Shown here piece by piece: positions 1-13,429 of a DNA stretch of 64,000 nucleotides (its first letter is position 1; every line of letters starts with the position of its first letter). A program made the position numbers and the translations under genes. Source of the stretch: Macrostomum hystrix (Eukaryota > Animalia > Platyhelminthes); NCBI GenBank assembly GCA_950097015.1, contig CATNEN010000031.1, forward strand, positions 1,984,001 to 2,048,000, given 5' to 3'. The notes beneath the pieces were generated by a model. That model saw nothing but the letters and a program-made list of their open reading frames with translations, did not search any database and was not told where the DNA came from.

Positions 1-392
1 CTCATCCACTTCCAGTCTATAGATCCCACTCATCCACTTCGGGTCTGTAGATCCCACTCATCCACTTTCAGTCTGTAGATCCCACTCATCCACTTCCAGT
101 CTGCAGATCCCACTCATCCACTTCCAGTCTGCAGATCCCACTCATCCACTTCCAGTCTATAGATCCCACTCATCCACTTTCAGTCTGTAGATCCCACTCA
201 TCCACTTCCAGTCTGCAGATCCCACTCATCCACTTCCAGTCTATAGATCCCACTTATCCATTTCCAGTCTGTAGATCCCACTCATCCACTTCGAGTCTGC
301 AGATCCCACTCATCCACTTCCAGTCTATAGATCCCACTCATCCACTTCCAGTCTATAGATCTCACTCATACACTTCCAGTCTGTAGATCCCA
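1..392. repeat. 28-bp minisatellite (CTCATCCACTTCCAGTCTRYAGATCCCA), runs off the window start
   Basis: Unit recurs at 1, 29, 57...; about 14 copies. Confidence 0.95.
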
Positions 393-1128
393 TTCATATT
401 CTTTGAGTCTGTAATTCATTTCTTCCTACTTCCACCGCATCGCATCTTCGCATCTTCCGCATCTTCAATATGAGGGTGAGTTCTTACTTTTAGTGAGGCC
501 TTAAGAGCAGAAATTTCGGATGCGGTTTGGGGAAGTGGGAAATCAACTGCAGTGATTTGCAGTCTGCCTCACTCACCATTTTCTGTGTCTAGGGACCTGA
601 CTGAGAATTGCCTTCTTCATCACTCCCTCGCTCTATCACAGACTACTCTCGCCGCCAGCCTCAAAATTTTGAGTCCTTTTCCCATCAAGCTTAGAAACTT
701 ATTTCTCTTAGTGAGGACTTGACCATGTCTCTGCGTATTTCCCATCGGATTAAATAGGAGGGGGGTGGGCGTCACGGCACGGACGAACTCGGCTTAATCT
801 GCACGCCCTGCTTGACCTTTTGAGCGAGGCCTCTGTCTTGCTTTTATATCTTTTTTTCTATCTCTAAACCATTTTTCTAGTCGAAGAACTTTTTGTGGAG
901 TCTTCTTATGGGACTCGGGGGTGAGTGAGGATTTTTAAGAGGCAATCGAATTGATAATACTGCTCGACGTGGGAAATTGTGTCAGCTTTAGTGGGGGTGG
1001 TGGAGTCCAGATTCTCTGTCACTGTGTCGAGAAGTGGCAGCATCGCTCTAGAATCCCAATTTGCTGCTTGTCAAGGTGAACTCATTAACTCATCACTTTA
1101 CATTTATTAGCTCAAATTCTGAGCTTGG

Positions 1129-2147
1129 GAACAGTGGTTTCCCTACCTGAATGATCGTGAGAGAACAGTGGTTTCCCTACCTGAATGATTGTGAGAGAAC
1201 AGTGGTTTCCCTACCTGAATGATTGTGAGAGAACAGTGGTTTCCCTACCTGAATGATCGTGATAGAACAGTGGTTTCCCTACCTGAATGATTGTGAGAGA
1301 ACAGTGGTTTCCCTACCTGAATGATTGTGAGAGAACAGTGGTTTCCCTACCTGAATGATCGTGAAAGAACAGTGGTTTCCCTACCTGAATGATCGTGAGA
1401 GAACAGTGGTTTCCCTACCTGAATGATTGTGATAGAACAGTGGTTTCCCTACCTGAATGATTGTGAGAGAACAGTGGTTTCCCTACCTGAATGATCGTGA
1501 GAGAACACTGGTTTCCCTACCTGAATGATCGTGAAAGAACAGTGGTTTCCCTACCTGAATGATCGTGAGAGAACAGTGGTTTCCCTACCTGAATGATTGT
1601 GATAGAACAGTGGTTTCCCTACCTGAATGATTGTGAGAGAACAGTGGTTTCCCTACCTGAATGATCGTGAGAGAACAGTGGTTTCCCTACCTGAATGATC
1701 GTGATAGAACAGTGGTTTCCCTACCTGAATGATTGTGAGAGAACAGTGGTTTCCCTACCTGAATGATTGTGATAGAACAGTGGTTTCCCTACCTGAATGA
1801 TTGTGAGAGAACAGTGGTTTCCCTACCTGAATGATCGTGAGAGAACACTGGTTTCCCTACCTGAATGATCGTGAGAGAACACTGGTTTCCCTACCTGAAT
1901 GATCGTGAGAGAACACTGGTTTCCCTACCTGAATGATCGTGAGAGAACAGTGGCTTCCCTACCTGAATGATCGTGAGAGAACAGTGGCTTCCCTACCTGA
2001 ATGATCGTGAGAGAACAGTGGTTTCCCTGCCTGAATGATCGTGAGAGAACAGTGGCTTCCCTACCTGAATGATCGTGAGAGAACAGTGGCTTCCCTACCT
2101 GAATGATCGTGAGAGAACAGTGGTTTCCCTACCTGAATGATTGTGAG
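1129..2147. repeat. 34-bp minisatellite (GAACAGTGGTTTCCCTACCTGAATGATYGTGAGA), about 30 copies
   Basis: Head-to-tail 34-bp period with no spacers. Confidence 0.97.
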
Positions 2148-2831
2148 GGAAAAGTAGTTTTTCGATCCTAAATTATATTGACGATGCAGTGTTAAAAAAT
2201 CCTTCAAATTGAGATTTGAGTGCTTGAAGATCAAATATTTAAGGTAGTTTTATTAATCAATATTTTTAAGCTTCCTGCAGTCCGCTGCAGGGATATTTCT
2301 AAGAGTGCGTTGACAGGTGCATTAATGATCCTAAAATCTGACCAGTCAGCCACCATCTGAAAAGTATTTTGCAATCAAGTGTGTGTGTGCGCGCATTCTT
2401 TTAGAATAATAAAACCCAGAAATGACTGGCAAAGTCAGCTTGACAATGCACTTCTGGCGGGCGTTTTTTGCATAGACATTTTTTCATCTGTCACTATAGG
2501 CCCGAAAAATTGGGCTTCGCCAGTCCAACCCTGTGGCACACTACTTTTCCAGATATTTTTTTCATAATTTAATTTAATTTACCCACAAATTGTCATCGAT
2601 TTTCTGTGAGAACTTTTGCTTGTCATTCCGACGGACCTCATAATGAGGTTAGTATGTAAATTTAACAAAGCCGTGAGTTCTTGCTAGACAAAATTAATTT
2701 TTCGATTTGTGCTTGTCAGTCTGAATACTCAACCTACGAGTACAAAGCCCATAATCATGTCACGCAGCTGTCTAACTGTCTCATGATCCGATAAGCGGGA
2801 CTCAACACATATCAACACTTGTCAGAACCTG

Positions 2832-3177
2832 TGATTACTGCACTAATGATTAAGATAAGCGTGACTCAACACCTTGCTAATTAGTGCACCTATATTAGCT
2901 TCATTAACATGAATTAACACCTGTCTGATTAGTGCACTAATGATTAAGATAAGCGTGACTCAACACCTGGCTAATTAGTGCACCTATATTAGCTTCATTA
3001 ACATGAATTAACACCTGTCTGATTAGTGCACTAATGATTAAGATAAGCGTGACTCAACACCTGGCTAATTAGTGTACCTATATTAGCTTCATTAGCATGC
3101 ATTAACACCTGTCTGATTAGTGCACTAATGATTAAGATAAGCGTGACTCAACACCTGGCTAATTAGTGCACCTATAT
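2832..3177. repeat. 94-bp tandem repeat, about 3.7 copies, palindrome-rich
   Basis: CACTAATGAT recurs at 2841, 2935, 3029 and 3123. Confidence 0.95.
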
Positions 3178-3529
3178 TCATCCGAAAATAAAAATCCAAA
3201 AACTTGGATACTTGTAACTATTGCATCTATATTAGGTTGATAAGCGTGCCTCAACACCTGTCTAATTGTATTTAATTATATGTATTTATTTGCTTGTTAA
3301 TAAGTATTCCAAAAGTACTTTGATAATCGTTATACATTATGGCTTTCAAATCAAAGCCACACAGAAATCTGCTGCAGTCTCTGAGCACAGTCGTACAGCT
3401 TCCCAATGACCATCCGAACAACGTAGGAAGGCCACATGCCCCATTCGGACCACACCCTCACAGTTTTACGCACCAATTGGTGGCAGCACAATGAGAAGAC
3501 TGAATTAATGATACTGATATTGTTGGCAA

Positions 3530-3665
3530 ACAGTCTATTCTAAAACCGGATGAACAAGGGAATTGTGTATTGCTAAAGGACACATTTCCCCCCTTTGGAT
3601 TGAGAATCGAACTCCCGACTGCTCCATTAGAAACCTGAAGTTCAAACCACTTGACCACGACCTCG
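3530..3665 (-). mobile_element. Decayed tRNA-headed CORE/MIR-like SINE
   Basis: Minus strand has A-box TGGTCAAGTGG (3647-3657) and B-box GAGTTCGATTCTC (3602-3614), followed by TGTGTCCTTTAGCAATACAC, which resembles the CORE domain. Confidence 0.55.
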
Positions 3666-3979
3666 CTTTTGAATAAAAGCATTTTTGACAAAATCGATGA
3701 ATATACGAGCTAAATGTTTTCCTGCTTTAGCGCACTACTCCAAGTGTGTTCTATTTTGGCAAGAAAAAGTTTTTTGGTAGACAGAAAAGGATGGATCTGC
3801 TTCCACTCAGTAAAATATTGTTGAAAAATTCCTGCAGTTTGAAGAGGCCAAAAAGCGGGCGGGGGAAATGGTGCACTCTTGCAACCAGTTAGCCCCGTGG
3901 GTGGGGAAACTTCACTCTTTCTTTCCCATCACATCCTCGACGGCCAACCAGACTCAGAGACCAGGAACCCCCAGCTCAC

Positions 3980-4104
3980 CCAGCTCAAGCTCTTGTCGAC
4001 GCCATTGCTGGAGATGCGCACTCGACGCTCGCGACGCACCCGAGGCCCGTTGAGCGGCTCGGCCAGCAGGCCGCGCGACAGGCGCACCCGGATACGGTCG
4101 GACT
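3980..4104 (-). CDS. Gene A candidate exon 3 (ESDRIRVRLSRGLLAEPLNGPRVRRERRVRISSNGVDKSLSW)
   Basis: Acceptor cctcgctgcccgcag, donor gtgagc, GC-rich codons; starts in phase 1, matching exon 10668-10739. Confidence 0.6.
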
Positions 4105-4708
4105 CTGCGGGCAGCGAGGTGGTGGGTGGCGGGTGAGCGATCATCAGCGGGAATGCATCAATCATCGAACATTTTTAATGCTTTTCCTGTCAAGATTTCA
4201 AGTTCAATTCTGCCAGTCAACTATAGAAGCATGCCGGCCAGGGAAATGGGGAAAGTCTAAAGCAGAAATTCAACTGGACTAAAATTGCTGAACAATAAAC
4301 TTGTAGCGGCAGCGGGCCGTCTCACCTGCTGCAGGCTCAGAGTTGCAAGGCAATTAAACAACCTGGAAACAAAACCTGCTTGGCCAGCGGGTCTCTGCTA
4401 TGTCTGCCTTTTCTTTCGGCTTACTTACTTCCACAGCATCGTCAGAATTGCAGCAGAAATAAGAGTGGAAATGAGCTGGCAGGAGTGGCCAATTAAAAAT
4501 TTAGAACTCCAACTTTAGAACTTGGAGGTTAGAGCAGGCTCCTGACACACTTCCACTGCCTGTCACACACTTCAGAATTTTATTTCTGTCTTCTGCTTCG
4601 CAAAAAACTTTTTGTGCGGCTAGTTTTGTCCGGAAAGTCTGGCTTAAAAAGCAGTTGATGATGCTGATGAATTTGGCTCCCATTTTGACATGTTTTGGCA
4701 TCTCATGC

Positions 4709-5300
4709 CATCCCATCCCATCCTATCCTATCCCATCCTATCTCATCCCATCCCATCTCATTCCATCCCATTCCATCCCATCCCATCCCATCCTATCCCA
4801 TCCTATCCCATCCTATCCCATCCTATCTCATCCCATCCCATCTCATTCCATCCCATTTCATCCCATCCCATCCCATCCTATCCCATCCTATCCCATCCTA
4901 TCCCATCCCATCCTATCCCATCCCATCCTATCCCATCCCATCCCATCCCATCCCATCCCATCTCATTCCATCCCATTCCATTCCATCCCATCCCATCCCA
5001 TCCCATCCTATCCCATCCTATCCCATCCCATTCCATCCCATCCCATCCCATCCCATCCCATCCCATCCAATCCCATCCGATTCCATCCCATTCCATCCCA
5101 TCCCATCCCATCCCATCCCATCCCATCCCATCCCATCCCATTCCATTCCATCCCATTCCATCCCATCCCATCCCATCCCATCCCATCCCATCCCATTCCA
5201 TCCCATTCCATTCCATCCCATTCCATTCCATCCCATCCCATCCCATCCCATCCCATCCCATTCCATTCCATCCCATCCCATCCCATCCCATCCCATCCCA
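4709..5300. repeat. (ATCCC)n/(ATCCT/ATTCC) pentanucleotide microsatellite
   Basis: Direct reading; source of the IPSHP/GMGWD pseudo-ORFs. Confidence 0.98.
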
Positions 5301-6041
5301 CGCTCCTCTCACCTCCCAAATGGTGTGAATAAGGGATGTGCCGGCTGGTCTATTGTCATTGTCCAAAAGCCACTGCTAAGCAAAGTAAAATTAGCGTCAG
5401 ACACACAATAAGCACAAGCGGCACATTGTGCCAGGCCGAAGGATGGGGAAGAGAAAAAAAACTGCCCACAATGAACCGGTCCACCTACGCGAGTGTACGC
5501 GAGTGTATTTTCGCATTTCTATCCATTATTATTGTCGCATTCCTCAACTGTCTTGCCGCCTCGATGGGCTGGGGAGTTGAAAAAAAGACTTTATATTTTT
5601 GCACCCTTTGAAGAATTTAAGGGGCCGGGCGAGGGATGAGAATCTCTGAGGCTGAGGCCCAAGCTGCGGCTCCCTAACAAGGCTCTTTAGCACAGCCAAG
5701 ACTTTTGCTGCTTGAAGAGCCGCCAACCCCATCACTGAGGGTGTCTGGAATGAACAAGAAGCGTGTAAAGATGGACTAAGACTCTCGCCTTGCAGATCTG
5801 TCTCTCCTTCGCCCTGGCCCTCTGAACTTCTGTCAACAACTGTCGCACAAAAAGAAGAAGCCAAAAAAGTATCTATAAGCCGAACCCAGCAACTGACGCT
5901 TCAGTCTAGAACTGTTAGAAAATGAGTTTTCTAGATAGCCCCATTGTCCAGACAGATCACTTCATTGAACTCTAGCTCACTCATAGATTTGCGGTATTTC
6001 TTTTGGAGTTGCACGACTTTGAATTTCTATGGCTTTTGACA

Positions 6042-6930
6042 AGTTCCTCAAGAGTTCCTCAAGAGTTCCTCAAGAGTTCCTCAAGAGTTCCTCAAGAGTT
6101 CCTCAAGAGCTGAAGGAGTGGAGGATAGCCCAGCTGATGGAGCGGAGGATAGCCCAACTGAAGGAGCGGAGGATAGCCCAACTGAAAGTGGAGGATAGAC
6201 CAACTGAAGGAGCGGAGGATAGCCCAACTAAAGGAGTGGAGGATAGCCCAGCTGAAGAAGCGGAGGATAGCCCAGCTGAAGAAGCGGAGAATAGCCCAGC
6301 TGAAGGAGCGGAGGATAGCCCAGCTGAAGGAGCGGAGGATAGCCCAGCTGAAGGAGCGGAGGATAGCCCTGCTGAAGGAGCGGAGGATAGCCTTGCTGAA
6401 GGAGCGGAGGATAGCCCAGCTGAAGGAGCGGAGGATAGCCCAGCTGATGGAGCGGAGGATAGCCCAGCTGATGGAGCGGAGGATAGCCCAGCTGAAGGAG
6501 CGGAGGATAGCCCAGCTGAAGAAGCGGAGGATAGCCCAGCTGAAGAATCGGAGGATAGCCCAGCTGAAGGAGCGGAGGATAGCCCAGATGAAGGAGCGGA
6601 GGATAGCCCAGCTGAAGGAGCGGAGGATAGCCTTGCTGAAGGAGCGGAGGATAGCCCAGCTGATGGAGCGGAGGATAGCCCAGCTGATGGAGCGGAGGAT
6701 AGCCTTGCTGAAGGAGCGGAGGATAGCCCAGCTGAAGGAGCGGAGGATAGCCCAGCTGAAGAAGCGGAGGATAGCCCAGCTGAAGGAGCGGAGGATAGCC
6801 CAGCTGAAGGAGCGGAGGATAGCCTTGCTGAAGGAGCGGAGGATAGCCCAGCTGAAGGAGCGGAGGATAGCCTTGCTGAAGGAGCGGAGGATAGCCCAGC
6901 TGAAGGAGCGGAGGATAACCCAGTTGATGG
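6042..6930. repeat. 11-bp repeat (CAAGAGTTCCT, about 6 copies) followed by a 24-bp minisatellite (GCTGAAGGAGCGGAGGATAGCCCA, about 34 copies)
   Basis: Direct reading; open in five frames, coding status unsupported. Confidence 0.95.
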
Positions 6931-7494
6931 AGCGAGAACTGCGGACGTACAGTCCCCAAAATGAGTACGAGGACAATATCTCATCACTACTTAGATTAGT
7001 TATGAATGGTACAAGTATGCTTGTATTAATTTTAAACAAAACGCAATTCTAAAGCCATTCTCGAAATTGACACCGACTCAGATTTGGCAGTGGCCTTACA
7101 AATGAGTGAATAGCGCATCAGTCAATGCTGATGCCGCATGCGGCTTGACAGGCGGATATAGACAAACTGGCACCGAGATAGATAGATAGGCCGGTAAGAT
7201 ATACACACTCGCTGCATACACCAACTTGATTCATAGCAGCTTTAGGGTGAGCTGCTCCATATCGCTCGATCTATGTTCCTCGTAATAATGCCGACATTAC
7301 GGTCGCATTATACTCGTAAGGCGAACTGTTTCCTCACACACACCACTACCTAGACCCTGCCGAGTGATTGATGCGGCAGTTGATCAAGTTTGACCGGCCG
7401 GCGACCAGTGAACTCTGGGACAGACAAAAGACTTGGCTGGGTTAACCGATATTTATAGGGGAGTAACTATTAGGATGAGTAGATTCAGCGCCCG

Positions 7495-8770
7495 ACTGCT
7501 AACCGCTCACTGCTCACTGCTCACCGCCAAATTATAATTTCTCACTGCTCAGTTCTCACTGATCACTACTCACCGTTCACTGCTCGCTGCTCACTGCTCA
7601 CTGCTCACCGCTCACTGCTCACTGCTCACGGCTCACCGCTCACCGCTCTCAGCTCACAGCTCATAGCTGACAGCTCACTGCTCACCGCCAACTTCCAATT
7701 TCTCACTGCTCAGTTGTCACTGATCACTACTCACTTCTCACTTCTCACTGCTCACTGCTCACTGCTCACTGCTCACTGCCCAATTCTCATTTCTCACTTC
7801 TCATATCTAACTGCTCACTGCTCATATCTCACTGCTCACTGCTCATATCTCACTGCTCACTGCTCATATCTCACTGCTCGCTGCTCATATCTCACTGCTC
7901 ACTTCTCATATCTCACTGCTCACTTCTCATATCTCACTGCTCACTTCTCATATCTCACTGCTCACTGCTCATATCTCACTGCTCACTTCTCATATCTCAC
8001 TGCTCACTTCTCATACCTCAATGCTCACTTCTCATATCTCACTGCTCACTGCTCATATCTCACTGCTCACTTCTCATATCTCACTGCTCACTTCTCATAT
8101 CTCACTGCTCACTTCTCATATCTCACTGCTCACTGCTCATATCTCACTGCTCACTTCTCATATCTCACTGCTCACTTCTCATATCTCACTGCTCACTGCT
8201 CATATCTCACTGCTCACTTCTCATATCTCACTGCTCACTTCTCATATCTCACTGCTCACTTCTCATATCTCACTGCTCACTTCTCATATCTCACTGCTCA
8301 CTTCTCATATCTCACTGCTCACTGCTCATATCTCACTGCTCACTTCTCATATCTCACTGCTCACTTCTCATATCTCACTGCTCACTTCTCATATCTCACT
8401 GCTCACTTCTCATATCTCACTGCTCACTTCTCATATCTCACTGCTCACTGCTCATATCTCACTGCTCACTTCTCATATCTCACTGCTCACTTCTCATATC
8501 TCACTGCTCACTTCTCATATCTCACTGCTCACTTCTCATATCTCACTGCTCACTTCTCATATCTCACTGCTCACTTCTCATATCTCACTGCTCACTTCTC
8601 ATATCTCACTGCTCACTTCTCATACCTCAATGCTCACTTCTCAATATCTCACTGCTCACTTCTCATATCTCACTGCTCACTTCTCATATCTCACTGCTCA
8701 CTTCTCATACCTCAATGCTCACTTCTCAATATCTCACTGCTCACTTCTCATATCTCACTGCTCACTGCTC
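7495..8770. repeat. CTCACTG-based array maturing into a 21-bp unit (CTCACTGCTCACTTCTCATAT)
   Basis: 7-bp subunits; 7-aa periodicity in the ORF track. Confidence 0.95.
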
Positions 8771-9407
8771 GCTGGTTAAATTAGATGTGTTTAGGCCGGC
8801 TTTGAGTTTGAATAAGAAACTATAAGAGTGTCTAATGTCACAATGAGACACTTAGAACTCATAGAAAGGCTATAGGAAGTTTCCACGTGAGCAATTTCTT
8901 AGCAATCCAATGGACACCGACCGCTCAATCTCTATCGCACAGTTCAACTGAAGAGGTCGTTTCCGAGGTCAGCCGACAATAATTTCTAGCTGAAGTGGGG
9001 CAGGCCGGGGAGTTGGATGACCACTTCCTGTGGTCCTGACACGTGCGACCTCAGTGGATCAAACATCAAATAAACATAGCCTAACTTCTATGGCCTAAAG
9101 TGTTGAAACTGCTGTCTTTATGAGTATTCTACTCGTACAAGCATAGTCATCTTTTCCGGTTTTTTGAGTTCTTAAATAATCTCTGAAAGACAGAAATGCT
9201 GCAGAAGAAGATGGCTGGTTCATAAATATCACTACTAATCAGTCTATGCAATATTCATTATTGTGCTAATGCATGGATTTGTCACATGGTCCTGATCTTC
9301 ATACATACATTATTTTACGACTGGAATGAACTCGTAAAGCTCGACACACAATATGCAGATAATCTAATAGCATGTTGGCGCTGCAGGTCAAAGGATCAGT
9401 GTCTCAT

Positions 9408-9986
9408 ATCATCCCATCCCATCCCATCCTATCCCATCCCATTCCATTCCATCCCATCCCATCCCATCCCATCCCATCCCATCCCATCCCATCCCATCCC
9501 ATCCCATCCCATCCCATCCCATCCCATCCCATCCCATCCCATCCCATCCCATCCCATCCCATCCCATCCCATCCCATCCCATCCCATCCCATCCCATCCC
9601 ATCCCATCCCATCCCATCCCATCCTATCCCATCCCATCCCATCCCATCCTATCCCATACAATCCCATCCCATCCCATCTCATCCTATCCCATACCATCCT
9701 ATCCCATCCCATCCCATCCCATCCCATCCCATCCCATCCTATCCCATCCCATCCCATCCCATCCCATTCCATCCCATCCCATCCCATCCCATTCCATCCC
9801 ATCCCATCCCATCCCATCCCATCCTATCCCATCCCATCCCATCCCATCCCATCCCATCCTATCCCATCCCATCCCATCCCATCCCATCCTATCCCATCCC
9901 ATCCCATCCCATCCCATCCCATCCCATCCCATCTCATCCCATCCCATCCCATCCCATCCCATCCCATCCAATCCCATCCCATCCCA
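9408..9986. repeat. (ATCCC)n microsatellite
   Basis: Direct reading. Confidence 0.98.
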
Positions 9987-10667
9987 TATCATCGGACTGA
10001 GCACAGACTCAGGCAGGAGCAGATGCTGGCGCATCCTTTTATAAAGAATGCCCAACCAGTGCTCAGCCTTTGTTGGCGCCGCAGGTCAAGCGTGAGTAAA
10101 GAAAGATTTTAAGAAAGAAGGCCAAGTCGACTGTGACGAGAAAGAAAAAATGCAAAGTGAGCCCTAAAAAACGATGTCGCGAAGCAACATTTTCCAGAGT
10201 TTGCCCAGCTGCCGTTGAACTATAAAAATAAGCCTAGTTTGTAGACTGTGACGTAACAGCTTCTCTCTGAGCTCTGCGATGGCTTAGTTCGCCAGAGCTA
10301 CGGACTTGGCCAGGTAGAGTAGCAGACTTGGTCGTCAATCACAGCTAACCAACCTATTTACACACGCTAACACTGAGAACACATTGAGCGATTATGCCTT
10401 CGGTTCAATGGAAGACAGATGAAGCCAAGAGTCTGGATATCGCCAGCGGGACAAAGATCAAAAGACTTCCGGGTCCTCGCTATGGGAATATTTGGGATAT
10501 CTCTTGACTTTCGCTTTAAAAATATTTCTGGTCGCGTGGCGTCAGTTAAAGAAACGGGTTTGGTTGCGTAACACTCATAACAATACTGCAGTATGATTGA
10601 AGCCCCTTAATTGCTGTGAATAATGACTCCAAAACCACAGAAACCACAGAGTCTGGTCAATTCTTAC

Positions 10668-10739
10668 CCGATGATGGAATCGGCATGAAAGCCTCATCTC
10701 GCATGTGATTTTCAACCTGTTTTAGCGGCCGGGTTGCGT
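10668..10739 (-). CDS. Gene A candidate exon 2 (xATRPLKQVENHMRDEAFMPIPSS)
   Basis: Acceptor ttgacatttcag, donor gtaaga; 72 nt, phase 1-1, open frame. Confidence 0.6.
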
Positions 10740-10825
10740 CTGAAATGTCAAGCAAAACGGGGGGAGCACTTTTTGCGAATTGCAGACAGATGATGCTAAT
10801 GATGTCGCCATCATGTCTACAGTAA

Positions 10826-11127
10826 CGGCAGAGTTGTCTAACGCGTTTGCCTCTCGCATGAATTGGTTCCTGAGTTCGATTCCGCGGCGAGGCCACATTC
10901 ATTTGGGGGCTTCTCGTGCAATTTACGCCCTTGAGGGCCAACCTCCAAGGCACAGTGAGAGTGTACACTGCCTGACGATGAGAAAGTCGGGGCAGATGTA
11001 CACACCTGTGTGAGCGTATGCTCAGGAGTCAGTGAAATGGGCAGAATTGCCTCCTCGCTGGCTGTGGGTCTGGTGTCACCAAATCATGTGCCATTGCCCG
11101 CAGGCCTCCTACAAATATTACTATTAT
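10826..11127 (+). mobile_element. tRNA-derived SINE, copy 1 (internal ~30-bp deletion)
   Basis: B-box GAGTTCGATTCC, shared body, AT-rich tail; aligns by eye with seven other copies. Confidence 0.9.
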
Positions 11128-12263
11128 GGCCCTTCAGTCCGTGGACTGGGCATCTGTACGCGGCTTTCGGGTGCGCCACAAAAATCTTTATTTTTGGTCA
11201 TGACGAAGCCTGCATGCCATCACAGTGTACATCGAGCACGTTTTGAAGCCAGTCCTCTTCCTCAGTACCATAAACTTGTCCTAGGTGATATGGGCCTAGG
11301 TGAAGTAGATCAATTAGGCCTACCAAACTGTTTCCATTAGTAAAAAACTGAAATAGCTAATTATTATAATCAGACAATTCTGAGCCACTTAAGGCAGCCA
11401 CTGGCCCATAGGTTGATAAAAGGCTATGAAGATAGAGATAGAGAAGAGAAATCAAGAGACACTGAGTATAGAGGGGGCTGATGAGTGCCTGGCTGTGTAT
11501 ATAGAAGTATACTCAGACTCAGCAATCACTGGGCGCACAGGTCCCATGCTGCGGCCAACGGTAATTAGGGGGAGGGTGTGAGAGCCAGAATGGTCCCTCA
11601 GGCTCCGATCAGCCAAGAAGTGCAGTGCACAGAATCAAGACACGGTGAGGACTGACCCTTTGGTCATCGTACCCTACTGGCTTAACCGCATACGGTACTT
11701 ATATCGGCCATCGGATGAGTCTCATTGTGTGTCCATGGTGTCTGGGTGCAGTTAATCTAGACTTCTAAAGGCATCAGCAAAGCATCACTGATGGCCCAAA
11801 TCAACCTGTCTATTTTCTTTCCTTTGTCCGTCCCGGGCCATCCTATCACAGCCTTCAACCACAGTGGCTGCTTATTTCTTTACCGCTACCATTGAGAAGG
11901 CGGTAACGGATTCTTTGGAAGGCCAAGCAGCTTGCCATCATTCTAAAGCATTGCATAGCGCCTATCCTTTTAGATTTCTATCCTAAACCGACCCCCTCAG
12001 AACCGCACGGCTAACGATCCTCACACAGGGTGCCTGGGCCTGTGTCTGTCTGTGAGTGCGCGCGGTAAAGTTTTTGAGAAGATGGCCAGAAAATTTTGGA
12101 GGAACTGAGCACGCCAGGGCTGCATTAACTCACGCAAATAGTTCCTATTCTGGGAATTAGCCTACGCTTAGGAACAGCCAAACTTCTATTTTAAAACTTG
12201 TTTAGTATGACAAAGCAAAATAGATGAGGACAGGAGGTCAGGCCTAGTAGAGGATGCGTCAGA

Positions 12264-12670
12264 GAGTTTCTGGTCAGTTGAGGGTGTCAGAGACTAGGAG
12301 TTTCTGGTCAGTTGAGGGTTTCAGAGACTAGGAGTTTCTGGTCAGTTGAGGGTGTCAGAGACTAGGAGTTTCTGGTCAGTTGAGGGTGTCAGAGACTAGG
12401 AGTTTCTGGTCAGTTGAGGGTGTCGGAGACTAGGAGTTTCTGGTCAGTTGAGGGTGTCGGAGACTAGGAGTTTCTGGTCAGTTGAGGGTGTCGGAGACTA
12501 GGAGTTTCTGGTCAGTTGAGGGTGTCGGAGACTAGGAGTTTCTGGTCAGTTGAGGGTGTCGGAGACTAGGAGTTTCTGGTCAGTTGAGGGTGTCGGAGAC
12601 TAGGAGTTTCTGGTCAGTTGAGGGTGTCGGAGACTAGGAGTTTCTGGTCAGTTGAGGGTGTCGGAGACTA
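12264..12670. repeat. 34-bp minisatellite (GGAGACTAGGAGTTTCTGGTCAGTTGAGGGTGTC), about 12 copies
   Basis: Period 34 (12421 to 12455). Confidence 0.96.
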
Positions 12671-13429
12671 GAAAGCAGTGGTCTTGCATCGGCCCCGCAG
12701 ACTACATTAAATACAGAGGCTGTAAAACTACAAAGCTAAAATCGATGCCATACTTGTCCCTGTAGTTCCAGATCAAAAGGCTCGGAAATACTGAGCAGAC
12801 ACTGACTACTATTTAGCATCTATTTGACATGCATTATAAGCTGCACAAGATGAAAGAAGGATGCGATCAGCGCTAGTGTTCTTCAGAAATTTTCATCTAC
12901 TAAAAGAGGCTTTAAAATTTCTACGAAGCCTTTCAAATATGGCCCAAATCTTCATGTGATCGATGTTCTATAGATACTAACAGAAGAAGTAATGGAGATT
13001 GCAGCAGCATACAATAATAAGCTCCATCAGCCAGTCTCACTTCATCAACAAGACCATCTTCCCTCCCCCGAGGCTAAAATGGCAATTTGCAGTTGTGTGC
13101 AGGCAAATACGGATAGTATATGACAATGCTGATAGTTGGCAATAAATCATTGGCACTAATTGACTGCCAGTCCCGCTGCGGGCTATCAATTGTTGATGAA
13201 ATTGATTGCGGATTGCCGGCATCAGACATGGGAGGGACAATTAATAATTACAAATAATTGTGTTACACAGGCAGCTGATACAGATTGGAGTTGCAGGCGT
13301 CGAGACATTGGCCGTTAATAATTCAAAACTGCGTGCTGCGTTTCTGGTGTCTGAGTCACGGAAAATCGGATTCTTGCTTCGAAATTGCTGACTTGAATAC
13401 ATATCGATTCTGAGAATAAGGGCTACATT

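Noticed and set aside
480-1080. Possible decayed non-LTR retrotransposon ORF2 fragment on the minus strand (e.g. FPLPQTASEISALKASLKVRTHP)
   Set aside because: Only a vague resemblance, with multiple stops and no RT or endonuclease motif; it would need tblastn or an HMM search.
1129-2147. 34-bp repeats (also 12264-12670) as CRISPR arrays
   Set aside because: The units are head-to-tail with no unique spacers, there are no cas genes, and the context is eukaryotic.
3300-3691. Cys-rich minus-strand frame with an in-frame TGA (possible selenocysteine or gene A exon 4)
   Set aside because: The upstream part is better explained by a decayed tRNA/CORE SINE (A- and B-boxes present); no SECIS seen; alternative frames are equally open.
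6029-7052. AEGAEDSP acidic repeat protein, or a SSAPSAGL mucin-like stalk exon of gene A
   Set aside because: The 24-bp unit is open in five frames by construction. A phase-1 acceptor exists near 6935, but there is no credible donor and the frame shifts near 6187.
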